NCBI RefSeq assembly: GCF_002803295.2
Contig: NZ_PGGB02000002.1
Coordinates: 63,756 to 73,437, forward strand
DNA: 9,682 nucleotides
Direction: 5' to 3'
Origin: Caedibacter taeniospiralis
GTDB lineage: Bacteria > Pseudomonadota > Gammaproteobacteria > Francisellales > Francisellaceae
The notes beneath the pieces are model-generated. The model ran no database searches and was not told the DNA's origin. It saw only the letters and a list, made by a program, of their open reading frames with translations. The first letter of the stretch is position 1. Each line of letters starts with the position of its first letter. Made by a program: the position numbers and the translations under genes. This document shows, piece after piece, positions 1 to 7,445 of the stretch.

Positions 1-4
1 ACTT

Positions 5-30
5 GCCTGACCACTTCAAAGTGGTCAGGC
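5..30. other. Perfect 10-bp inverted repeat (gcctgaccac / gtggtcaggc) with a 6-nt spacer at the window edge; possibly the terminator stem of a gene outside the window
   Basis: Read directly: 5-14 gcctgaccac, 15-20 ttcaaa, 21-30 gtggtcaggc (exact reverse complement). No T-tract follows on the + strand (gtgcggacgg). On the - strand only 4 nt remain before the window ends, so orientation and function cannot be resolved. Confidence 0.3.
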
Positions 31-121
31 GTGCGGACGGAGTGTTTAAAGTAAAATAGGCGGGAAGATGGTTATAGCCCGAGTTTTAATGGGTCTGAAC
101 TCCTTAAGGGCAAGTGTTTCT

Positions 122-1486
122 ATGAATATTAGTATTTTCGATCTGTTTTCAATTGGGGTTGGACCTTCGTCATCGCATACTGTGGGACCTATGCGGGCGA
201 CGTTTCGTTTTTTGCAGAGAAATGAAGCCTATCTGAAAAATACAACGCGCTTTAGTATTGAGTTATTTGGTTCGTTAGCGCTAACGGGAAAAGGACATAA
301 GACCGACTATGCCTGCATCCTGGGTGCAGCAGGTTATGAACCGCGCAGTATTGATATTAGCAAGGCAGCGGCAGGTTATGAGCAAATACTCAAAAGCAAA
401 AAGGTGCGTTTACTAGGGCAATATGAGATTGATTTTGACTACGCAGAAGACTTGATTTTTCACTACAGTGAAGCCTTGCCTGAACACGCTAACGGTATAC
501 TTTTTACCTTATGGGATAAAAATGGCGCGAAACTTAGTTCGTTAAAATATTTTTCTGTAGGAGGGGGATTTATTCTGGATGAGCATGAGATGCGTAAGCA
601 AAATGATCCAGCCCCTGTGGATGCTCATGAAGTGCCTTTTCCTTTTTCAACGGCCAAGGGTTTATTGTATTTATGTCAAACGCATCAAATGAATATTGCT
701 GATTTGATGATGGCAAACGAGTGCTCATTGCGAAGTAAAGAAGAAGTCGAAAAAGGAGTATTGCAGCTATGGCAGGTGATGGATCAATCGATTGATAAGG
801 GTCTTATGACCGATGGTGAGCTGCCAGGGGGACTCAAAGTCAGGCGTCGCGCTTATAAGCTTAAAAAGCGTCTGGAAGAATCACGTTTGGATATTAAAGA
901 TCTGAATTGGCTAAACGTCTTTGCGATAGCAGTTAATGAAGAAAATGCCGCAGGTGGCAAGGTGGTTACTGCACCAACTAACGGTGCCGCAGGCGTTATC
1001 CCTGCTGTTCTTAAACATCATATATTGAGTCATCCATTTACCACTACAAAAGAGATCATTGATTATTTACTGACTACTGCCGCGATCGGAATTTTATTTA
1101 AGAAAGGAGCTTCTATTTCCGCGGCGGAAGTGGGTTGTCAGGGAGAAGTGGGTGTTGCTTGTTCCATGGCAGCTGCGGGACTTTGTGCACTTTTGGGCGG
1201 GTCGGTAGCACAAGTAGAAAATGCGGCTGAAATGGGGATGGAGCACAATTTGGGGCTTACCTGTGATCCGATTGGCGGCTTGGTGCAAATCCCTTGTATT
1301 GAGCGTAATGCTATGGGTGCGGTACAGGCAGTTAATGCAGCGAAACTGTCATTACTTGGAGATGGTGAGCATCATGTCAGCTTAGATCAGGTAATTCAAA
1401 CCATGAAAGAGACAGGTAAAGACATGTCAACCAAGTATAAAGAGACGTCTCTAGGCGGATTAGCCGTAAATCTGCCCGCGTGTTAG
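122..1486 (+). CDS. sdaA: L-serine ammonia-lyase (L-serine dehydratase), single-chain fused alpha/beta, 4Fe-4S type; 454 aa
   Basis: The N-terminus [24 protein letters not shown] matches the conserved start of enterobacterial SdaA/SdaB/TdcG (M-I-S[20 protein letters not shown]). The Fe-S ligand motif C-X41-C-X10-C is present: Cys339 (tgt 1136-1138), Cys381 and Cys392 (tgt 1295-1297), numbered from Met at 122. The 454-aa length equals E. coli SdaA. The protein ends in a C-terminal Cys (tgt 1481-1483, then TAG). The ORF track starts at 68, but those 18 extra codons have no counterpart in the family, so I chose ATG 122. Neither start has a strong SD. Confidence 0.93.
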   Translation: MNISIFDLFSIGVGPSSSHTVGPMRATFRFLQRNEAYLKNTTRFSIELFGSLALTGKGHKTDYACILGAAGYEPRSIDISKAAAGYEQILKSKKVRLLGQYEIDFDYAEDLIFHYSEALPEHANGILFTLWDKNGAKLSSLKYFSVGGGFILDEHEMRKQNDPAPVDAHEVPFPFSTAKGLLYLCQTHQMNIADLMMANECSLRSKEEVEKGVLQLWQVMDQSIDKGLMTDGELPGGLKVRRRAYKLKKRLEESRLDIKDLNWLNVFAIAVNEENAAGGKVVTAPTNGAAGVIPAVLKHHILSHPFTTTKEIIDYLLTTAAIGILFKKGASISAAEVGCQGEVGVACSMAAAGLCALLGGSVAQVENAAEMGMEHNLGLTCDPIGGLVQIPCIERNAMGAVQAVNAAKLSLLGDGEHHVSLDQVIQTMKETGKDMSTKYKETSLGGLAVNLPAC

Positions 1487-1555
1487 GGCGTTTGAAGGAA
1501 ATATGACACATGTTTAACTTGCTTTGCATTATGGAGGACGTGGAAAGCCCAGTGC

Positions 1556-2953
1556 TTAACTTAGTGCCATTACACTTTGATCAACTTCTTTTAATTTGTT
1601 TGATTCTTCAGTGTGCTTAAACAACAACCAGTTTCCCGTTGTACATTTATTGACTATATTGGCGATCATTCCAACGATAGTCACATGGCTTAAAAAATTT
1701 GTTAAAGCACTTAATATTTTTCTGCTGGTAGAATCATCAAGTATTGCCCTGCATTGAGCTTCAGACTCTTTAATCCTTTCTATATACTTTGTTCTGTTTT
1801 TATCATCTGTGCCTGGGCTCCACAAACTATCATCTGCGAACGCTACGGTTGCCTTAAATAATTCGTCTTTGTGACGATTAATCTCTGATTTTTGTTGTGT
1901 ATTTAATACACTTGAGCGTGAAATTTGCTCACAACTCGTATCAATAGTCATAAGAGTCTTTTCTAATGTCTCAATGCTTTGAGATAACTCCTCTTTGATT
2001 GATGTCTCCCACTGACCATCCCGTAACTTTTGATATATTGTTCCAACTAAGAATTTAAGCTCGAGATTGGTTGCCTGAGTGGATAATTGATTTATATCAT
2101 CAATTGCCTTAAAGTTGGCGATATTTGGCTCAAATTTTATAGGAGATTGATCAATGCCATATTGCTCAGATACCTTATGAGCGTCCTCTGTTAACACAAG
2201 TTGTGCTCTTTTCTCATTTAGTGCGTCCAGGGTTTCTATGTTGTTCGCTTTAATAAGCTCAAGAAGATTCTTTATTTTCGTATCATAAGTACCCCGCATA
2301 ATTGATTTCAAGGCCTGCTTTTGCAGCTTTTCCCCTTCCTCTGTTTGCTCTGGCTGAAATAATATTTTTTCAAACTCTTCCTGGGTTAATGACTTTGTCT
2401 CCATTACCGCTTTTAAAGCGGAAATTGTATGATAAAAGTCAAAAGTTGTTAGTGCCGCTTCAACCGCGCTATTTTGTAATTCGTTGTATAAGTCTCCCTG
2501 GTCTTTCACATATTCTTTTAACTCCCGATACTTTATGGCTGTGGGATCAGTAGTTTCAAGATCATCTACTTCAAGTGGACTTAAGTTATCATTTACCATA
2601 TCGGTTGCTGTTAATTTTTCAAAGGTATTAGCAACGGCTTGTGAGTACGCTGCTCCAATAAAGAAACGCCGCTCCTTCGACCAATTGGCAGTATCCAAAA
2701 AATACTTAGTACGCAAAGACTCCTCTCCTAAAGTGGTGCCAAAATCAAAATCCTTTAAAATTGCATCATATGTTAATGGTTTGTACTGTTGTAACTTCTC
2801 TTTGACTACAGGTTCTTCTACTTTTATGAGTGAACCTTTTAAAGTTAAATCTTTTATTCCCACGATGGCGTCTATTAATTTTGTCTGATCAAACAGAATT
2901 TCATTGAACTGTTGTAAAAAATAGTTTTTATAATGTTCTTTTGACAATGGCAT
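1556..2953 (-). CDS. Hypothetical protein, 465 aa, predicted mostly alpha-helical and E/K/Q/L-rich, with a hydrophobic segment near the C-terminus; no recognised domain
   Basis: A long uninterrupted ORF. The second in-frame ATG (2953) is preceded by AGGAGAAAAAAG-ATG, an AGGAG Shine-Dalgarno with about 7-nt spacing, whereas the first ATG (2971) has none. Hand-counted 60-nt samples give about 30-38% GC, against about 43-47% in aceE. There is no signal peptide at the N-terminus. The hydrophobic stretch FLSHVTIVGMIANIV lies about 45 residues from the C-terminus. I recognise no catalytic or family motif. Confidence 0.8.
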   Translation of the reverse strand: MPLSKEHYKNYFLQQFNEILFDQTKLIDAIVGIKDLTLKGSLIKVEEPVVKEKLQQYKPLTYDAILKDFDFGTTLGEESLRTKYFLDTANWSKERRFFIGAAYSQAVANTFEKLTATDMVNDNLSPLEVDDLETTDPTAIKYRELKEYVKDQGDLYNELQNSAVEAALTTFDFYHTISALKAVMETKSLTQEEFEKILFQPEQTEEGEKLQKQALKSIMRGTYDTKIKNLLELIKANNIETLDALNEKRAQLVLTEDAHKVSEQYGIDQSPIKFEPNIANFKAIDDINQLSTQATNLELKFLVGTIYQKLRDGQWETSIKEELSQSIETLEKTLMTIDTSCEQISRSSVLNTQQKSEINRHKDELFKATVAFADDSLWSPGTDDKNRTKYIERIKESEAQCRAILDDSTSRKILSALTNFLSHVTIVGMIANIVNKCTTGNWLLFKHTEESNKLKEVDQSVMALS

Positions 2954-2992
2954 CTTTTTTCTCCTGTGCATATTGCTAAGTTTAGGAATGCT

Positions 2993-3020
2993 TTTATATC
3001 ATGCTTGTGGTCTGTTGCAA
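2993..3020 (-). promoter_or_regulatory. Candidate sigma70-type promoter for the 1556..2953 gene: -35 TTGCAA, 16-nt spacer, extended -10 TGaTATAAA
   Basis: The - strand reads TTGCAA (3020..3015), cagaccacaagcatga, TATAAA (2998..2993), with TG at 3001..3000 one base upstream of the -10. The -10 ends about 40 nt upstream of ATG 2953, leaving room for a short leader that contains the AGGAG. This is motif matching only. Confidence 0.4.
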
Positions 3021-3141
3021 ATGGAGGAGTCCACAATCGGACGAAATGATGAATAAAATACTCCAAAAGTTACGTACTTTCGCAGGTTTTCTTATTCCAT
3101 ATAAAATGCTGATTCGCCTATATTTTCACGAGTCTTGTGTT

Positions 3142-3147
3142 TATAAT
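3142..3147 (+). promoter_or_regulatory. Candidate -10 hexamer (TATAAT) upstream of aceE; no convincing -35
   Basis: A perfect TATAAT lies at 3142-3147, 55 nt upstream of the aceE ATG. The TG at 3138-3139 is one base out of register for an extended -10. No TTGACA-like hexamer occurs at 16-18 nt spacing. AT-rich intergenic DNA produces such hexamers by chance. Confidence 0.25.
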
Positions 3148-3201
3148 TGTTCCCATTTTTAGCGCTTAGCTTTTTAAGTTTAAACTGTCTATGGAGGCAA
3201 T

Positions 3202-5883
3202 ATGTCTGAAGGGTTTCATGATATTGATATAACGGAAACACAAGAGTGGCTGGAAGCCTTAGAGGATGTGGTGGCACGCGAGGGGAATGAGCGCGCAAGT
3301 TTCATTGTCAATCAATTGTTAAATCGCGCGAATCAGATGGGCATTGAGAGTGCGTATGCGCCTGCCCAAAGTATTTCATTTATGAATACCATCAAGGTGG
3401 AAGATCAGCCTGCCTATCCTGGGAATCTGGAAATCGAGAAAAAAATTGAGAACTTAAATCGCTGGAACGCCGCGGTCATGGTGGCAAAAGCCAATAAAAA
3501 AGATGGCTCCCTTGGCGGACATATTGGTTCTGGTGCGTCGATTATGACACTGTATGAGGTGGGTTTTAATCATTTTTTCCATGCCCCAAGTGAAACAAAG
3601 CCAGGTGATGTTGTGCTTTATCAAGGGCATACGACTCCTGTTATTTATGCGCGATCTTATCTGGAGGGTCGCCTAAGCGAAGAGCAGTTAAAGAACTTTC
3701 GTCAACAGGCATTTAATCGCGATAAGGGCTTATCTTCTTATCCGCACCCCTATTTGCAACCTGCTTATTGGCAGTTTCCAACGGTTTCTATGGGGCTGGG
3801 TCCATTGCAGGCGATTTACCAGGCGCGTTTTATGAAGTATCTTCATGCGCGCAAACTGGCTGATACCAAAAATCGTAAAGTATGGGCATTTTGTGGTGAT
3901 GGTGAAATGGACGAGCCTGAGTCCTTGGGCGCGATTAATCGCGCGTCACGTGAAGGCTTGGATAATCTTATTTTTGTGATTAACTGTAACCTGCAGCGCT
4001 TAGATGGTTTAGTCGATGGCAATGGTAAGATTGTTGAGGAATTTGCGCGAATTTTTACAGGCGCTGGCTGGAATGTTATTAAAGTGCTATGGGGCAGCAA
4101 TTGGGAGCCGTTATTCGCCAAGGATAAAAGTGGCAAGCTGCAACAGCGTTTGGCGCAAATGAATGATGGACAAATGCAGTTTGCACGCTCCCGTGGCGGA
4201 CAAGATCTGCATCAGACGATTTTTGGCGGAGATCCTGAGCTTCAGGAAATGGGCAAGGGTTATAGCGATGAGGATGTGCAGAATTTAATGCGTGGAGGAC
4301 ATGACCCCATTAAGGTTTATGCTGCCTATCAGCGCGCGGTGAATAATAACACGGGCAAACCAACCGTGATTTTGCCAATGACGATCAAAGGTTATGGTTT
4401 GGGTGAGTGGGGCGAATCTAAAAACATCGCGCATAATATTAAGAAGCTTGATACCGCCGCGCTGAAATATATTCGTGATCGCTTTGACGTGCCGGCAAGT
4501 GATGAACAGGTTGAGAAAATGGAATTTATTAAATTTCAGGAAGGCTCAAAAGAACACGCGTATTTACATGCGCAGCGCAAAACTTTAGATGGCTATGCCC
4601 CAGCCCGATTTGAAAATAACACCCCACTTCCCATTCCAGGTTATCAGGATTTTGCTCAGCTGTTTTTAGAAGCAAGTGGTGATCGTGAGTTTTCGACGAC
4701 AACCGCGTTTGTGCGCATGTTTGTCAATTTAACGCGTCATAACGAACTCAAAGATCGCCTAGTTCCTGTGACGGTGGATGAATCACGCACTTTCGGTATG
4801 GAAGGTTTATTCCGTCAATTGGGGATTTATAATCATCGTGGTCAGCAGTATGTGCCCGAAGATAAGGCACAGGTGATGTATTACAAAGAATCCGTTGATG
4901 GTCAAATTATTCAGGATGGTATTAATGAAGCTGGGGGCTTTTGTTCATGGTTAGCTGCTGCCACGTCATACAGTGTGCATCGCGTGGCGATGATTCCTTT
5001 TTATATTTATTACTCGATGTTTGGTTTTCAGCGCATAGGTGATTTGGCTTGGCTTGCTGGTGACTCACATGCTAAGGGTTTCTTGTTAGGTGGAACTGCT
5101 GGGCGCACAACACTTAACGGTGAAGGTTTGCAACATGAGGATGGGCACAGTCATATTCAAGCGGGGTTAATTCCATCGTGTGTATCATATGATCCAACCT
5201 ATGCCTATGAGCTTGCTGTTATTCTTTGGGATGGCATGCGTCGTATGTATGTTGAAGGTGAGCAGGTTTTCTACTATGTCACTGTCATGAATGAAAATTA
5301 TGTGCATGGTGCGATGCCAGAAGGCTCAGAGGAAGGCATTATCAAAGGGCTATATTTGTTAAGAGAAGCTAAAAAGGCAGAGGCTAAAAAGCATGTGCAG
5401 TTGATGGGGTCAGGCACTATTTTACGTGAAGTGGAAGCTGCAGCCGAGCTTTTAGAGAAAGACTTTGGTGTAACGAGTGATGTCTGGAGCATGACTTCTG
5501 CCAATGAGTTGTACCGTGATAGTCGGTGCGTTGCACGCTGGAATATGTTGCATCCTGATAAAAAGGCTAAAGAGACCCATATTGAGAGGTGCTTGAAAGA
5601 TCGTAAAGGTCCTGTGATCGCATCAACCGACTATATCAAACTTTATAGTGAACAGTTGCGTGAATTTATGCCCAGGAATTATATTACGTTGGGGACTGAT
5701 GGCTATGGTCGTTCAGACTCGCGTGAGAATTTGCGTAGTTTTTTTGAAGTGGATCGTTATCATGTGGTGATTGCGGCGCTTACTGGCTTATTACGCGAAG
5801 GTGTGGTTACTGTTAAAACCGTGAAAGATGCGATTAAAAAATATGGGGTTGACCCCGAACGTGTTGATCCCATCAACCACTAG
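3202..5883 (+). CDS. aceE: Pyruvate dehydrogenase E1 component (homodimeric AceE type), 893 aa
   Basis: The N-terminus MSEGFHDIDITETQEWLEALEDVVAREGNERASFIVNQLL parallels E. coli AceE (MSERFPNDVDPIETRDWLQAIESVIREEG...). The thiamine-diphosphate motif GDGEMDEPES...NLIFVINCNLQRLDG is present, with GDG at 3895-3903. The length is close to the 887 aa of E. coli AceE. A GGAGG SD sits at 3193-3197, 4 nt before the ATG. Confidence 0.97.
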   Translation: MSEGFHDIDITETQEWLEALEDVVAREGNERASFIVNQLLNRANQMGIESAYAPAQSISFMNTIKVEDQPAYPGNLEIEKKIENLNRWNAAVMVAKANKKDGSLGGHIGSGASIMTLYEVGFNHFFHAPSETKPGDVVLYQGHTTPVIYARSYLEGRLSEEQLKNFRQQAFNRDKGLSSYPHPYLQPAYWQFPTVSMGLGPLQAIYQARFMKYLHARKLADTKNRKVWAFCGDGEMDEPESLGAINRASREGLDNLIFVINCNLQRLDGLVDGNGKIVEEFARIFTGAGWNVIKVLWGSNWEPLFAKDKSGKLQQRLAQMNDGQMQFARSRGGQDLHQTIFGGDPELQEMGKGYSDEDVQNLMRGGHDPIKVYAAYQRAVNNNTGKPTVILPMTIKGYGLGEWGESKNIAHNIKKLDTAALKYIRDRFDVPASDEQVEKMEFIKFQEGSKEHAYLHAQRKTLDGYAPARFENNTPLPIPGYQDFAQLFLEASGDREFSTTTAFVRMFVNLTRHNELKDRLVPVTVDESRTFGMEGLFRQLGIYNHRGQQYVPEDKAQVMYYKESVDGQIIQDGINEAGGFCSWLAAATSYSVHRVAMIPFYIYYSMFGFQRIGDLAWLAGDSHAKGFLLGGTAGRTTLNGEGLQHEDGHSHIQAGLIPSCVSYDPTYAYELAVILWDGMRRMYVEGEQVFYYVTVMNENYVHGAMPEGSEEGIIKGLYLLREAKKAEAKKHVQLMGSGTILREVEAAAELLEKDFGVTSDVWSMTSANELYRDSRCVARWNMLHPDKKAKETHIERCLKDRKGPVIASTDYIKLYSEQLREFMPRNYITLGTDGYGRSDSRENLRSFFEVDRYHVVIAALTGLLREGVVTVKTVKDAIKKYGVDPERVDPINH

Positions 5884-5886
5884 TAG

Positions 5887-5905
5887 GGGCGTATCACATA
5901 CGCCC
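5887..5905 (+). other. Short GC-rich hairpin in the aceE-aceF spacer (7-bp stem gggcgta/tacgccc, 5-nt loop); not a canonical terminator
   Basis: Read directly: 5887-5893 gggcgta, loop tcaca, 5899-5905 tacgccc. It starts 3 nt after the aceE TAG. The following sequence is gtgtgagtatt, with no U-tract, so read-through to aceF (SD aagagg 5935-5940, ATG 5949) is expected. Confidence 0.35.
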
Positions 5906-5948
5906 GTGTGAGTATTAAAGAAAGATAAATTAACAAGAGGAAAATTGC

Positions 5949-7241
5949 ATGGCAATACAGCAAGTCACCGTACCAGATATTGGTGATTATAAGAATGTTG
6001 ATGTGATTGAGGTCAATGTCAAAGTGGGTGATGTTATTCAAGCAGAAGACTCATTAATTACTTTGGAAACTGACAAAGCCTCAATGGAAGTGCCAGCACC
6101 TGTAGGTGGCGTTGTCAAAGAAATTAATGTCAAACTTGGAGATAAGGTCTCCAAAGGCACTTTGGTGTTATCCGTAGAAACGGATGCAGTAGCTTCAGCT
6201 GGGGTGAAATCAGACATTAAGCCATCTGAAGCGCCCATGACGCAAGTCGCTGTGTCAGCGCAACCCATGAGTGTAGAGGTTTCTGATGTTGGTAACTATA
6301 AAGGTGTTGATGTGATTGAGGTGCATAATGCCAATGCTCACGCCTCCCCTGCAGTTCGCCGTTTGGCACGCATTTTAGGGGTGGATTTATCCAAAGTTGT
6401 CGCAACAGGGCGCAAGGGACGAATCAGTAAAGAAGACTGCGAAAGCTATATTAAAAAAGCGGTTCAGCTAGTACAGACGGGACAGCTTTCATCTGGTGGG
6501 GGATTGGATTTATTACCCGATCCACAGATTGATTTTGCTAAATTTGGTGATATTGAAGTTGAGGCTTTGTCGCGCATTAATAAGCTAAGCGCTAAAAACC
6601 TGGCGCGTAACTGGGTTAAGATTCCCCATGTTACTTTCTATGATGAGGCGGATATTACCGATCTTGAAGTCTTTAGAAATGCTAAAAAAGCGGCTGCCGA
6701 AAAAGCAGGCGTTAAAGTGACACCGTTGTCTTTCCTCATCAAAGCCGCGGCGGTGACGTTAAAAGAATATCCACGCTTTAACAGTTCCTTATCTAATGAT
6801 GGTGAGAGTCTGATTGTGAAAAAATATTTTAATATTGGCTTTGCAACGGATACGCCAAAGGGATTAATGGTTCCTGTCGTTAAAAATGCCGATACAAAGG
6901 GTATTTTTGAGATTTCTCGTGAGATTATGATCCTGGCAAAAAAGGCACGTGATGGCAAGCTTCTTTCGGATGATATGCAAGGGGCTACTTTTACCGTTTC
7001 AAGTTTGGGTGTGCTGGGAAGTACTGCATTTACGCCGATTATCAATATGCCTGAAGTGGCGATTATGGGGGTGTCAAAATCTGCGATAAAACCCGTGTGG
7101 AATGGTGCTGAGTTTATGCCAAGAACCATGTTGCCATTGTCGTTATCGACAGATCATCGGGTGATTGATGGTGCGTTAGCTGCACAGTTCTTAACGCGGT
7201 ATTGTGCGATTTTGGCGGATTTAAGAGAGATTCTTTTATAA
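5949..7241 (+). CDS. aceF: Dihydrolipoyllysine-residue acetyltransferase (PDH E2), 430 aa: one intact lipoyl domain, a truncated remnant of a second, an E3-binding domain and a catalytic domain
   Basis: Lipoyl domain, residues 1-78, with the TLETDKASMEVP lipoyl-lysine motif (K43, aaa 6075-6077). E3/E1-binding (PSBD) motif HASPAVRRLARILGVDLSKVVATGRKGRISKEDC, about 6339-6452. Catalytic 2-oxoacid dehydrogenase acyltransferase domain with the active-site DHRVIDG (7152-7172). SD aagagg lies 8 nt upstream of the ATG. Residues 107-125 repeat the N-terminal strand of a lipoyl domain and then break off (see findings). Confidence 0.95.
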   Translation: MAIQQVTVPDIGDYKNVDVIEVNVKVGDVIQAEDSLITLETDKASMEVPAPVGGVVKEINVKLGDKVSKGTLVLSVETDAVASAGVKSDIKPSEAPMTQVAVSAQPMSVEVSDVGNYKGVDVIEVHNANAHASPAVRRLARILGVDLSKVVATGRKGRISKEDCESYIKKAVQLVQTGQLSSGGGLDLLPDPQIDFAKFGDIEVEALSRINKLSAKNLARNWVKIPHVTFYDEADITDLEVFRNAKKAAAEKAGVKVTPLSFLIKAAAVTLKEYPRFNSSLSNDGESLIVKKYFNIGFATDTPKGLMVPVVKNADTKGIFEISREIMILAKKARDGKLLSDDMQGATFTVSSLGVLGSTAFTPIINMPEVAIMGVSKSAIKPVWNGAEFMPRTMLPLSLSTDHRVIDGALAAQFLTRYCAILADLREILL

Positions 7242-7263
7242 AGGCATTTTGTTTTTCAAGACT

Positions 7264-7445
7264 ACCCCGTCCGCTTCGCGTTGTCCTCCAGCTGCGCGCG
7301 GAGCTTACAGCGCTCAAAGCTAAGGAAGCAAAACTGTTTGCTTCCTTTAAGGCGCTTTTCGCCCCCTTCGCTAACGAAGGGGGCGAAAAGCCGTTGAAAA
7401 ATTCCCCTCTTTTGTAGAGGGGTGGCAGCCGTAGGCTGACGGGGT
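7264..7445. repeat. 182-bp GC-rich compound palindromic element (REP/MITE-like) in the aceF-lpdA spacer, bounded by an 8-bp inverted repeat
   Basis: Terminal inverted repeat accccgtc (7264-7271) / gacggggt (7438-7445). Internal hairpins: A, 7322-7347 (11-bp stem aaggaagcaaa/tttgcttcctt, loop actg). B, 7354-7391 (17-bp perfect stem gcttttcgcccccttcg/cgaagggggcgaaaagc, loop ctaa). C, 7404-7422 (7-bp stem cccctct/agagggg, loop tttgt). D, 7426-7438 (5-bp cagcc/ggctg, loop gta). My hand count gives 104 G+C in 182 nt (about 57%), against about 40-47% in the flanking genes. Copy number elsewhere in the genome cannot be assessed from this window. Confidence 0.6.

Noticed and set aside
68-121. An 18-codon N-terminal extension of sdaA, as in the ORF-track start at ATG 68
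   Set aside because: The family's conserved N-terminus (M[23 protein letters not shown]) begins exactly at ATG 122, which gives 454 aa, the same length as E. coli SdaA. The extension (MVIARVLMGLNSLRASVS) has no counterpart. Neither start has a clear SD, so some uncertainty remains.
1487-1555. An expected bidirectional terminator in the 69-bp convergent gap between sdaA and the orphan gene
   Set aside because: I found only 3-4 bp self-complementary segments and one long-range imperfect pairing (gggcgttt / gaaagccc, with a loop of about 45 nt). Nothing supports a terminator call.
2954-2971. The first ATG (2971) as the start of the orphan gene
   Set aside because: The AGGAG Shine-Dalgarno lies between the two ATGs and is correctly spaced only for ATG 2953.
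2954-3201. PmrA-type (tandem TTAATATT) or CpxR-type (GTAAA-N6-GTAAA) regulatory boxes upstream of the orphan gene, and a PdhR-like operator upstream of aceE
   Set aside because: Reading both strands of the 248-bp divergent region showed no such motifs. It showed only short AT-rich palindromes (tacgta, gtttaaac, agcgct) that are expected by chance.
2875-3298. Small - strand ORFs 2875..3066 (TTG start) and 3092..3298 in and around the divergent intergenic region
   Set aside because: The first overlaps the orphan gene's start in another frame and the second runs antisense over the aceE start and SD. They have no SD and no recognisable sequence features, and the region is better explained as divergent promoter DNA.
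6638-7129. A 163-aa antisense ORF inside aceF, and other antisense ORFs (1094..1288, 2302..2553, 2484..2888, 3843..4136, 5298..5504, 6038..6268, 6217..6405, 7858..8046, 7982..8266)
   Set aside because: All lie wholly within confidently identified genes on the opposite strand. They have no recognisable motifs or ribosome-binding sites, and their compositions mirror the sense-strand codon bias.
7322-7422. Hairpins A, B and C of the spacer element as rho-independent terminators of aceF
   Set aside because: None is followed by a T-tract on the + strand. Only hairpin C has a T-run, and only on the - strand, where there is no upstream gene to terminate.
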